A stretch of 64,000 bases of DNA, taken from the NCBI GenBank assembly GCA_000004985.1, contig GG738894.1; one strand, given 5' to 3'. Both the position numbers and the translations under genes were made by a program. The notes under the pieces were generated by a model that worked only from the letters and a program-made list of their open reading frames with translations, was not told where the DNA came from and did no database searches. The stretch's first letter is position 1, and every line of letters begins with the position of its first letter. Below, in pieces: positions 24,001 through 36,000 of this stretch. This DNA is from Naegleria gruberi. Lineage: Eukaryota.

Positions 24001-27000
24001 NNNNNNNNNNNNNNNNNNNNNNNNNNNNNNNNNNNNNNNNNNNNNNNNNNNNNNNNNNNNNNNNNNNNNNNNNNNNNNNNNNNNNNNNNNNNNNNNNNNN
24101 NNNNNNNNNNNNNNNNNNNNNNNNNNNNNNNNNNNNNNNNNNNNNNNNNNNNNNNNNNNNNNNNNNNNNNNNNNNNNNNNNNNNNNNNNNNNNNNNNNNN
24201 NNNNNNNNNNNNNNNNNNNNNNNNNNNNNNNNNNNNNNNNNNNNNNNNNNNNNNNNNNNNNNNNNNNNNNNNNNNNNNNNNNNNNNNNNNNNNNNNNNNN
24301 NNNNNNNNNNNNNNNNNNNNNNNNNNNNNNNNNNNNNNNNNNNNNNNNNNNNNNNNNNNNNNNNNNNNNNNNNNNNNNNNNNNNNNNNNNNNNNNNNNNN
24401 NNNNNNNNNNNNNNNNNNNNNNNNNNNNNNNNNNNNNNNNNNNNNNNNNNNNNNNNNNNNNNNNNNNNNNNNNNNNNNNNNNNNNNNNNNNNNNNNNNNN
24501 NNNNNNNNNNNNNNNNNNNNNNNNNNNNNNNNNNNNNNNNNNNNNNNNNNNNNNNNNNNNNNNNNNNNNNNNNNNNNNNNNNNNNNNNNNNNNNNNNNNN
24601 NNNNNNNNNNNNNNNNNNNNNNNNNNNNNNNNNNNNNNNNNNNNNNNNNNNNNNNNNNNNNNNNNNNNNNNNNNNNNNNNNNNNNNNNNNNNNNNNNNNN
24701 NNNNNNNNNNNNNNNNNNNNNNNNNNNNNNNNNNNNNNNNNNNNNNNNNNNNNNNNNNNNNNNNNNNNNNNNNNNNNNNNNNNNNNNNNNNNNNNNNNNN
24801 NNNNNNNNNNNNNNNNNNNNNNNNNNNNNNNNNNNNNNNNNNNNNNNNNNNNNNNNNNNNNNNNNNNNNNNNNNNNNNNNNNNNNNNNNNNNNNNNNNNN
24901 NNNNNNNNNNNNNNNNNNNNNNNNNNNNNNNNNNNNNNNNNNNNNNNNNNNNNNNNNNNNNNNNNNNNNNNNNNNNNNNNNNNNNNNNNNNNNNNNNNNN
25001 NNNNNNNNNNNNNNNNNNNNNNNNNNNNNNNNNNNNNNNNNNNNNNNNNNNNNNNNNNNNNNNNNNNNNNNNNNNNNNNNNNNNNNNNNNNNNNNNNNNN
25101 NNNNNNNNNNNNNNNNNNNNNNNNNNNNNNNNNNNNNNNNNNNNNNNNNNNNNNNNNNNNNNNNNNNNNNNNNNNNNNNNNNNNNNNNNNNNNNNNNNNN
25201 NNNNNNNNNNNNNNNNNNNNNNNNNNNNNNNNNNNNNNNNNNNNNNNNNNNNNNNNNNNNNNNNNNNNNNNNNNNNNNNNNNNNNNNNNNNNNNNNNNNN
25301 NNNNNNNNNNNNNNNNNNNNNNNNNNNNNNNNNNNNNNNNNNNNNNNNNNNNNNNNNNNNNNNNNNNNNNNNNNNNNNNNNNNNNNNNNNNNNNNNNNNN
25401 NNNNNNNNNNNNNNNNNNNNNNNNNNNNNNNNNNNNNNNNNNNNNNNNNNNNNNNNNNNNNNNNNNNNNNNNNNNNNNNNNNNNNNNNNNNNNNNNNNNN
25501 NNNNNNNNNNNNNNNNNNNNNNNNNNNNNNNNNNNNNNNNNNNNNNNNNNNNNNNNNNNNNNNNNNNNNNNNNNNNNNNNNNNNNNNNNNNNNNNNNNNN
25601 NNNNNNNNNNNNNNNNNNNNNNNNNNNNNNNNNNNNNNNNNNNNNNNNNNNNNNNNNNNNNNNNNNNNNNNNNNNNNNNNNNNNNNNNNNNNNNNNNNNN
25701 NNNNNNNNNNNNNNNNNNNNNNNNNNNNNNNNNNNNNNNNNNNNNNNNNNNNNNNNNNNNNNNNNNNNNNNNNNNNNNNNNNNNNNNNNNNNNNNNNNNN
25801 NNNNNNNNNNNNNNNNNNNNNNNNNNNNNNNNNNNNNNNNNNNNNNNNNNNNNNNNNNNNNNNNNNNNNNNNNNNNNNNNNNNNNNNNNNNNNNNNNNNN
25901 NNNNNNNNNNNNNNNNNNNNNNNNNNNNNNNNNNNNNNNNNNNNNNNNNNNNNNNNNNNNNNNNNNNNNNNNNNNNNNNNNNNNNNNNNNNNNNNNNNNN
26001 NNNNNNNNNNNNNNNNNNNNNNNNNNNNNNNNNNNNNNNNNNNNNNNNNNNNNNNNNNNNNNNNNNNNNNNNNNNNNNNNNNNNNNNNNNNNNNNNNNNN
26101 NNNNNNNNNNNNNNNNNNNNNNNNNNNNNNNNNNNNNNNNNNNNNNNNNNNNNNNNNNNNNNNNNNNNNNNNNNNNNNNNNNNNNNNNNNNNNNNNNNNN
26201 NNNNNNNNNNNNNNNNNNNNNNNNNNNNNNNNNNNNNNNNNNNNNNNNNNNNNNNNNNNNNNNNNNNNNNNNNNNNNNNNNNNNNNNNNNNNNNNNNNNN
26301 NNNNNNNNNNNNNNNNNNNNNNNNNNNNNNNNNNNNNNNNNNNNNNNNNNNNNNNNNNNNNNNNNNNNNNNNNNNNNNNNNNNNNNNNNNNNNNNNNNNN
26401 NNNNNNNNNNNNNNNNNNNNNNNNNNNNNNNNNNNNNNNNNNNNNNNNNNNNNNNNNNNNNNNNNNNNNNNNNNNNNNNNNNNNNNNNNNNNNNNNNNNN
26501 NNNNNNNNNNNNNNNNNNNNNNNNNNNNNNNNNNNNNNNNNNNNNNNNNNNNNNNNNNNNNNNNNNNNNNNNNNNNNNNNNNNNNNNNNNNNNNNNNNNN
26601 NNNNNNNNNNNNNNNNNNNNNNNNNNNNNNNNNNNNNNNNNNNNNNNNNNNNNNNNNNNNNNNNNNNNNNNNNNNNNNNNNNNNNNNNNNNNNNNNNNNN
26701 NNNNNNNNNNNNNNNNNNNNNNNNNNNNNNNNNNNNNNNNNNNNNNNNNNNNNNNNNNNNNNNNNNNNNNNNNNNNNNNNNNNNNNNNNNNNNNNNNNNN
26801 NNNNNNNNNNNNNNNNNNNNNNNNNNNNNNNNNNNNNNNNNNNNNNNNNNNNNNNNNNNNNNNNNNNNNNNNNNNNNNNNNNNNNNNNNNNNNNNNNNNN
26901 NNNNNNNNNNNNNNNNNNNNNNNNNNNNNNNNNNNNNNNNNNNNNNNNNNNNNNNNNNNNNNNNNNNNNNNNNNNNNNNNNNNNNNNNNNNNNNNNNNNN

Positions 27001-30000
27001 NNNNNNNNNNNNNNNNNNNNNNNNNNNNNNNNNNNNNNNNNNNNNNNNNNNNNNNNNNNNNNNNNNNNNNNNNNNNNNNNNNNNNNNNNNNNNNNNNNNN
27101 NNNNNNNNNNNNNNNNNNNNNNNNNNNNNNNNNNNNNNNNNNNNNNNNNNNNNNNNNNNNNNNNNNNNNNNNNNNNNNNNNNNNNNNNNNNNNNNNNNNN
27201 NNNNNNNNNNNNNNNNNNNNNNNNNNNNNNNNNNNNNNNNNNNNNNNNNNNNNNNNNNNNNNNNNNNNNNNNNNNNNNNNNNNNNNNNNNNNNNNNNNNN
27301 NNNNNNNNNNNNNNNNNNNNNNNNNNNNNNNNNNNNNNNNNNNNNNNNNNNNNNNNNNNNNNNNNNNNNNNNNNNNNNNNNNNNNNNNNNNNNNNNNNNN
27401 NNNNNNNNNNNNNNNNNNNNNNNNNNNNNNNNNNNNNNNNNNNNNNNNNNNNNNNNNNNNNNNNNNNNNNNNNNNNNNNNNNNNNNNNNNNNNNNNNNNN
27501 NNNNNNNNNNNNNNNNNNNNNNNNNNNNNNNNNNNNNNNNNNNNNNNNNNNNNNNNNNNNNNNNNNNNNNNNNNNNNNNNNNNNNNNNNNNNNNNNNNNN
27601 NNNNNNNNNNNNNNNNNNNNNNNNNNNNNNNNNNNNNNNNNNNNNNNNNNNNNNNNNNNNNNNNNNNNNNNNNNNNNNNNNNNNNNNNNNNNNNNNNNNN
27701 NNNNNNNNNNNNNNNNNNNNNNNNNNNNNNNNNNNNNNNNNNNNNNNNNNNNNNNNNNNNNNNNNNNNNNNNNNNNNNNNNNNNNNNNNNNNNNNNNNNN
27801 NNNNNNNNNNNNNNNNNNNNNNNNNNNNNNNNNNNNNNNNNNNNNNNNNNNNNNNNNNNNNNNNNNNNNNNNNNNNNNNNNNNNNNNNNNNNNNNNNNNN
27901 NNNNNNNNNNNNNNNNNNNNNNNNNNNNNNNNNNNNNNNNNNNNNNNNNNNNNNNNNNNNNNNNNNNNNNNNNNNNNNNNNNNNNNNNNNNNNNNNNNNN
28001 NNNNNNNNNNNNNNNNNNNNNNNNNNNNNNNNNNNNNNNNNNNNNNNNNNNNNNNNNNNNNNNNNNNNNNNNNNNNNNNNNNNNNNNNNNNNNNNNNNNN
28101 NNNNNNNNNNNNNNNNNNNNNNNNNNNNNNNNNNNNNNNNNNNNNNNNNNNNNNNNNNNNNNNNNNNNNNNNNNNNNNNNNNNNNNNNNNNNNNNNNNNN
28201 NNNNNNNNNNNNNNNNNNNNNNNNNNNNNNNNNNNNNNNNNNNNNNNNNNNNNNNNNNNNNNNNNNNNNNNNNNNNNNNNNNNNNNNNNNNNNNNNNNNN
28301 NNNNNNNNNNNNNNNNNNNNNNNNNNNNNNNNNNNNNNNNNNNNNNNNNNNNNNNNNNNNNNNNNNNNNNNNNNNNNNNNNNNNNNNNNNNNNNNNNNNN
28401 NNNNNNNNNNNNNNNNNNNNNNNNNNNNNNNNNNNNNNNNNNNNNNNNNNNNNNNNNNNNNNNNNNNNNNNNNNNNNNNNNNNNNNNNNNNNNNNNNNNN
28501 NNNNNNNNNNNNNNNNNNNNNNNNNNNNNNNNNNNNNNNNNNNNNNNNNNNNNNNNNNNNNNNNNNNNNNNNNNNNNNNNNNNNNNNNNNNNNNNNNNNN
28601 NNNNNNNNNNNNNNNNNNNNNNNNNNNNNNNNNNNNNNNNNNNNNNNNNNNNNNNNNNNNNNNNNNNNNNNNNNNNNNNNNNNNNNNNNNNNNNNNNNNN
28701 NNNNNNNNNNNNNNNNNNNNNNNNNNNNNNNNNNNNNNNNNNNNNNNNNNNNNNNNNNNNNNNNNNNNNNNNNNNNNNNNNNNNNNNNNNNNNNNNNNNN
28801 NNNNNNNNNNNNNNNNNNNNNNNNNNNNNNNNNNNNNNNNNNNNNNNNNNNNNNNNNNNNNNNNNNNNNNNNNNNNNNNNNNNNNNNNNNNNNNNNNNNN
28901 NNNNNNNNNNNNNNNNNNNNNNNNNNNNNNNNNNNNNNNNNNNNNNNNNNNNNNNNNNNNNNNNNNNNNNNNNNNNNNNNNNNNNNNNNNNNNNNNNNNN
29001 NNNNNNNNNNNNNNNNNNNNNNNNNNNNNNNNNNNNNNNNNNNNNNNNNNNNNNNNNNNNNNNNNNNNNNNNNNNNNNNNNNNNNNNNNNNNNNNNNNNN
29101 NNNNNNNNNNNNNNNNNNNNNNNNNNNNNNNNNNNNNNNNNNNNNNNNNNNNNNNNNNNNNNNNNNNNNNNNNNNNNNNNNNNNNNNNNNNNNNNNNNNN
29201 NNNNNNNNNNNNNNNNNNNNNNNNNNNNNNNNNNNNNNNNNNNNNNNNNNNNNNNNNNNNNNNNNNNNNNNNNNNNNNNNNNNNNNNNNNNNNNNNNNNN
29301 NNNNNNNNNNNNNNNNNNNNNNNNNNNNNNNNNNNNNNNNNNNNNNNNNNNNNNNNNNNNNNNNNNNNNNNNNNNNNNNNNNNNNNNNNNNNNNNNNNNN
29401 NNNNNNNNNNNNNNNNNNNNNNNNNNNNNNNNNNNNNNNNNNNNNNNNNNNNNNNNNNNNNNNNNNNNNNNNNNNNNNNNNNNNNNNNNNNNNNNNNNNN
29501 NNNNNNNNNNNNNNNNNNNNNNNNNNNNNNNNNNNNNNNNNNNNNNNNNNNNNNNNNNNNNNNNNNNNNNNNNNNNNNNNNNNNNNNNNNNNNNNNNNNN
29601 NNNNNNNNNNNNNNNNNNNNNNNNNNNNNNNNNNNNNNNNNNNNNNNNNNNNNNNNNNNNNNNNNNNNNNNNNNNNNNNNNNNNNNNNNNNNNNNNNNNN
29701 NNNNNNNNNNNNNNNNNNNNNNNNNNNNNNNNNNNNNNNNNNNNNNNNNNNNNNNNNNNNNNNNNNNNNNNNNNNNNNNNNNNNNNNNNNNNNNNNNNNN
29801 NNNNNNNNNNNNNNNNNNNNNNNNNNNNNNNNNNNNNNNNNNNNNNNNNNNNNNNNNNNNNNNNNNNNNNNNNNNNNNNNNNNNNNNNNNNNNNNNNNNN
29901 NNNNNNNNNNNNNNNNNNNNNNNNNNNNNNNNNNNNNNNNNNNNNNNNNNNNNNNNNNNNNNNNNNNNNNNNNNNNNNNNNNNNNNNNNNNNNNNNNNNN

Positions 30001-33000
30001 NNNNNNNNNNNNNNNNNNNNNNNNNNNNNNNNNNNNNNNNNNNNNNNNNNNNNNNNNNNNNNNNNNNNNNNNNNNNNNNNNNNNNNNNNNNNNNNNNNNN
30101 NNNNNNNNNNNNNNNNNNNNNNNNNNNNNNNNNNNNNNNNNNNNNNNNNNNNNNNNNNNNNNNNNNNNNNNNNNNNNNNNNNNNNNNNNNNNNNNNNNNN
30201 NNNNNNNNNNNNNNNNNNNNNNNNNNNNNNNNNNNNNNNNNNNNNNNNNNNNNNNNNNNNNNNNNNNNNNNNNNNNNNNNNNNNNNNNNNNNNNNNNNNN
30301 NNNNNNNNNNNNNNNNNNNNNNNNNNNNNNNNNNNNNNNNNNNNNNNNNNNNNNNNNNNNNNNNNNNNNNNNNNNNNNNNNNNNNNNNNNNNNNNNNNNN
30401 NNNNNNNNNNNNNNNNNNNNNNNNNNNNNNNNNNNNNNNNNNNNNNNNNNNNNNNNNNNNNNNNNNNNNNNNNNNNNNNNNNNNNNNNNNNNNNNNNNNN
30501 NNNNNNNNNNNNNNNNNNNNNNNNNNNNNNNNNNNNNNNNNNNNNNNNNNNNNNNNNNNNNNNNNNNNNNNNNNNNNNNNNNNNNNNNNNNNNNNNNNNN
30601 NNNNNNNNNNNNNNNNNNNNNNNNNNNNNNNNNNNNNNNNNNNNNNNNNNNNNNNNNNNNNNNNNNNNNNNNNNNNNNNNNNNNNNNNNNNNNNNNNNNN
30701 NNNNNNNNNNNNNNNNNNNNNNNNNNNNNNNNNNNNNNNNNNNNNNNNNNNNNNNNNNNNNNNNNNNNNNNNNNNNNNNNNNNNNNNNNNNNNNNNNNNN
30801 NNNNNNNNNNNNNNNNNNNNNNNNNNNNNNNNNNNNNNNNNNNNNNNNNNNNNNNNNNNNNNNNNNNNNNNNNNNNNNNNNNNNNNNNNNNNNNNNNNNN
30901 NNNNNNNNNNNNNNNNNNNNNNNNNNNNNNNNNNNNNNNNNNNNNNNNNNNNNNNNNNNNNNNNNNNNNNNNNNNNNNNNNNNNNNNNNNNNNNNNNNNN
31001 NNNNNNNNNNNNNNNNNNNNNNNNNNNNNNNNNNNNNNNNNNNNNNNNNNNNNNNNNNNNNNNNNNNNNNNNNNNNNNNNNNNNNNNNNNNNNNNNNNNN
31101 NNNNNNNNNNNNNNNNNNNNNNNNNNNNNNNNNNNNNNNNNNNNNNNNNNNNNNNNNNNNNNNNNNNNNNNNNNNNNNNNNNNNNNNNNNNNNNNNNNNN
31201 NNNNNNNNNNNNNNNNNNNNNNNNNNNNNNNNNNNNNNNNNNNNNNNNNNNNNNNNNNNNNNNNNNNNNNNNNNNNNNNNNNNNNNNNNNNNNNNNNNNN
31301 NNNNNNNNNNNNNNNNNNNNNNNNNNNNNNNNNNNNNNNNNNNNNNNNNNNNNNNNNNNNNNNNNNNNNNNNNNNNNNNNNNNNNNNNNNNNNNNNNNNN
31401 NNNNNNNNNNNNNNNNNNNNNNNNNNNNNNNNNNNNNNNNNNNNNNNNNNNNNNNNNNNNNNNNNNNNNNNNNNNNNNNNNNNNNNNNNNNNNNNNNNNN
31501 NNNNNNNNNNNNNNNNNNNNNNNNNNNNNNNNNNNNNNNNNNNNNNNNNNNNNNNNNNNNNNNNNNNNNNNNNNNNNNNNNNNNNNNNNNNNNNNNNNNN
31601 NNNNNNNNNNNNNNNNNNNNNNNNNNNNNNNNNNNNNNNNNNNNNNNNNNNNNNNNNNNNNNNNNNNNNNNNNNNNNNNNNNNNNNNNNNNNNNNNNNNN
31701 NNNNNNNNNNNNNNNNNNNNNNNNNNNNNNNNNNNNNNNNNNNNNNNNNNNNNNNNNNNNNNNNNNNNNNNNNNNNNNNNNNNNNNNNNNNNNNNNNNNN
31801 NNNNNNNNNNNNNNNNNNNNNNNNNNNNNNNNNNNNNNNNNNNNNNNNNNNNNNNNNNNNNNNNNNNNNNNNNNNNNNNNNNNNNNNNNNNNNNNNNNNN
31901 NNNNNNNNNNNNNNNNNNNNNNNNNNNNNNNNNNNNNNNNNNNNNNNNNNNNNNNNNNNNNNNNNNNNNNNNNNNNNNNNNNNNNNNNNNNNNNNNNNNN
32001 NNNNNNNNNNNNNNNNNNNNNNNNNNNNNNNNNNNNNNNNNNNNNNNNNNNNNNNNNNNNNNNNNNNNNNNNNNNNNNNNNNNNNNNNNNNNNNNNNNNN
32101 NNNNNNNNNNNNNNNNNNNNNNNNNNNNNNNNNNNNNNNNNNNNNNNNNNNNNNNNNNNNNNNNNNNNNNNNNNNNNNNNNNNNNNNNNNNNNNNNNNNN
32201 NNNNNNNNNNNNNNNNNNNNNNNNNNNNNNNNNNNNNNNNNNNNNNNNNNNNNNNNNNNNNNNNNNNNNNNNNNNNNNNNNNNNNNNNNNNNNNNNNNNN
32301 NNNNNNNNNNNNNNNNNNNNNNNNNNNNNNNNNNNNNNNNNNNNNNNNNNNNNNNNNNNNNNNNNNNNNNNNNNNNNNNNNNNNNNNNNNNNNNNNNNNN
32401 NNNNNNNNNNNNNNNNNNNNNNNNNNNNNNNNNNNNNNNNNNNNNNNNNNNNNNNNNNNNNNNNNNNNNNNNNNNNNNNNNNNNNNNNNNNNNNNNNNNN
32501 NNNNNNNNNNNNNNNNNNNNNNNNNNNNNNNNNNNNNNNNNNNNNNNNNNNNNNNNNNNNNNNNNNNNNNNNNNNNNNNNNNNNNNNNNNNNNNNNNNNN
32601 NNNNNNNNNNNNNNNNNNNNNNNNNNNNNNNNNNNNNNNNNNNNNNNNNNNNNNNNNNNNNNNNNNNNNNNNNNNNNNNNNNNNNNNNNNNNNNNNNNNN
32701 NNNNNNNNNNNNNNNNNNNNNNNNNNNNNNNNNNNNNNNNNNNNNNNNNNNNNNNNNNNNNNNNNNNNNNNNNNNNNNNNNNNNNNNNNNNNNNNNNNNN
32801 NNNNNNNNNNNNNNNNNNNNNNNNNNNNNNNNNNNNNNNNNNNNNNNNNNNNNNNNNNNNNNNNNNNNNNNNNNNNNNNNNNNNNNNNNNNNNNNNNNNN
32901 NNNNNNNNNNNNNNNNNNNNNNNNNNNNNNNNNNNNNNNNNNNNNNNNNNNNNNNNNNNNNNNNNNNNNNNNNNNNNNNNNNNNNNNNNNNNNNNNNNNN

Positions 33001-36000
33001 NNNNNNNNNNNNNNNNNNNNNNNNNNNNNNNNNNNNNNNNNNNNNNNNNNNNNNNNNNNNNNNNNNNNNNNNNNNNNNNNNNNNNNNNNNNNNNNNNNNN
33101 NNNNNNNNNNNNNNNNNNNNNNNNNNNNNNNNNNNNNNNNNNNNNNNNNNNNNNNNNNNNNNNNNNNNNNNNNNNNNNNNNNNNNNNNNNNNNNNNNNNN
33201 NNNNNNNNNNNNNNNNNNNNNNNNNNNNNNNNNNNNNNNNNNNNNNNNNNNNNNNNNNNNNNNNNNNNNNNNNNNNNNNNNNNNNNNNNNNNNNNNNNNN
33301 NNNNNNNNNNNNNNNNNNNNNNNNNNNNNNNNNNNNNNNNNNNNNNNNNNNNNNNNNNNNNNNNNNNNNNNNNNNNNNNNNNNNNNNNNNNNNNNNNNNN
33401 NNNNNNNNNNNNNNNNNNNNNNNNNNNNNNNNNNNNNNNNNNNNNNNNNNNNNNNNNNNNNNNNNNNNNNNNNNNNNNNNNNNNNNNNNNNNNNNNNNNN
33501 NNNNNNNNNNNNNNNNNNNNNNNNNNNNNNNNNNNNNNNNNNNNNNNNNNNNNNNNNNNNNNNNNNNNNNNNNNNNNNNNNNNNNNNNNNNNNNNNNNNN
33601 NNNNNNNNNNNNNNNNNNNNNNNNNNNNNNNNNNNNNNNNNNNNNNNNNNNNNNNNNNNNNNNNNNNNNNNNNNNNNNNNNNNNNNNNNNNNNNNNNNNN
33701 NNNNNNNNNNNNNNNNNNNNNNNNNNNNNNNNNNNNNNNNNNNNNNNNNNNNNNNNNNNNNNNNNNNNNNNNNNNNNNNNNNNNNNNNNNNNNNNNNNNN
33801 NNNNNNNNNNNNNNNNNNNNNNNNNNNNNNNNNNNNNNNNNNNNNNNNNNNNNNNNNNNNNNNNNNNNNNNNNNNNNNNNNNNNNNNNNNNNNNNNNNNN
33901 NNNNNNNNNNNNNNNNNNNNNNNNNNNNNNNNNNNNNNNNNNNNNNNNNNNNNNNNNNNNNNNNNNNNNNNNNNNNNNNNNNNNNNNNNNNNNNNNNNNN
34001 NNNNNNNNNNNNNNNNNNNNNNNNNNNNNNNNNNNNNNNNNNNNNNNNNNNNNNNNNNNNNNNNNNNNNNNNNNNNNNNNNNNNNNNNNNNNNNNNNNNN
34101 NNNNNNNNNNNNNNNNNNNNNNNNNNNNNNNNNNNNNNNNNNNNNNNNNNNNNNNNNNNNNNNNNNNNNNNNNNNNNNNNNNNNNNNNNNNNNNNNNNNN
34201 NNNNNNNNNNNNNNNNNNNNNNNNNNNNNNNNNNNNNNNNNNNNNNNNNNNNNNNNNNNNNNNNNNNNNNNNNNNNNNNNNNNNNNNNNNNNNNNNNNNN
34301 NNNNNNNNNNNNNNNNNNNNNNNNNNNNNNNNNNNNNNNNNNNNNNNNNNNNNNNNNNNNNNNNNNNNNNNNNNNNNNNNNNNNNNNNNNNNNNNNNNNN
34401 NNNNNNNNNNNNNNNNNNNNNNNNNNNNNNNNNNNNNNNNNNNNNNNNNNNNNNNNNNNNNNNNNNNNNNNNNNNNNNNNNNNNNNNNNNNNNNNNNNNN
34501 NNNNNNNNNNNNNNNNNNNNNNNNNNNNNNNNNNNNNNNNNNNNNNNNNNNNNNNNNNNNNNNNNNNNNNNNNNNNNNNNNNNNNNNNNNNNNNNNNNNN
34601 NNNNNNNNNNNNNNNNNNNNNNNNNNNNNNNNNNNNNNNNNNNNNNNNNNNNNNNNNNNNNNNNNNNNNNNNNNNNNNNNNNNNNNNNNNNNNNNNNNNN
34701 NNNNNNNNNNNNNNNNNNNNNNNNNNNNNNNNNNNNNNNNNNNNNNNNNNNNNNNNNNNNNNNNNNNNNNNNNNNNNNNNNNNNNNNNNNNNNNNNNNNN
34801 NNNNNNNNNNNNNNNNNNNNNNNNNNNNNNNNNNNNNNNNNNNNNNNNNNNNNNNNNNNNNNNNNNNNNNNNNNNNNNNNNNNNNNNNNNNNNNNNNNNN
34901 NNNNNNNNNNNNNNNNNNNNNNNNNNNNNNNNNNNNNNNNNNNNNNNNNNNNNNNNNNNNNNNNNNNNNNNNNNNNNNNNNNNNNNNNNNNNNNNNNNNN
35001 NNNNNNNNNNNNNNNNNNNNNNNNNNNNNNNNNNNNNNNNNNNNNNNNNNNNNNNNNNNNNNNNNNNNNNNNNNNNNNNNNNNNNNNNNNNNNNNNNNNN
35101 NNNNNNNNNNNNNNNNNNNNNNNNNNNNNNNNNNNNNNNNNNNNNNNNNNNNNNNNNNNNNNNNNNNNNNNNNNNNNNNNNNNNNNNNNNNNNNNNNNNN
35201 NNNNNNNNNNNNNNNNNNNNNNNNNNNNNNNNNNNNNNNNNNNNNNNNNNNNNNNNNNNNNNNNNNNNNNNNNNNNNNNNNNNNNNNNNNNNNNNNNNNN
35301 NNNNNNNNNNNNNNNNNNNNNNNNNNNNNNNNNNNNNNNNNNNNNNNNNNNNNNNNNNNNNNNNNNNNNNNNNNNNNNNNNNNNNNNNNNNNNNNNNNNN
35401 NNNNNNNNNNNNNNNNNNNNNNNNNNNNNNNNNNNNNNNNNNNNNNNNNNNNNNNNNNNNNNNNNNNNNNNNNNNNNNNNNNNNNNNNNNNNNNNNNNNN
35501 NNNNNNNNNNNNNNNNNNNNNNNNNNNNNNNNNNNNNNNNNNNNNNNNNNNNNNNNNNNNNNNNNNNNNNNNNNNNNNNNNNNNNNNNNNNNNNNNNNNN
35601 NNNNNNNNNNNNNNNNNNNNNNNNNNNNNNNNNNNNNNNNNNNNNNNNNNNNNNNNNNNNNNNNNNNNNNNNNNNNNNNNNNNNNNNNNNNNNNNNNNNN
35701 NNNNNNNNNNNNNNNNNNNNNNNNNNNNNNNNNNNNNNNNNNNNNNNNNNNNNNNNNNNNNNNNNNNNNNNNNNNNNNNNNNNNNNNNNNNNNNNNNNNN
35801 NNNNNNNNNNNNNNNNNNNNNNNNNNNNNNNNNNNNNNNNNNNNNNNNNNNNNNNNNNNNNNNNNNNNNNNNNNNNNNNNNNNNNNNNNNNNNNNNNNNN
35901 NNNNNNNNNNNNNNNNNNNNNNNNNNNNNNNNNNNNNNNNNNNNNNNNNNNNNNNNNNNNNNNNNNNNNNNNNNNNNNNNNNNNNNNNNNNNNNNNNNNN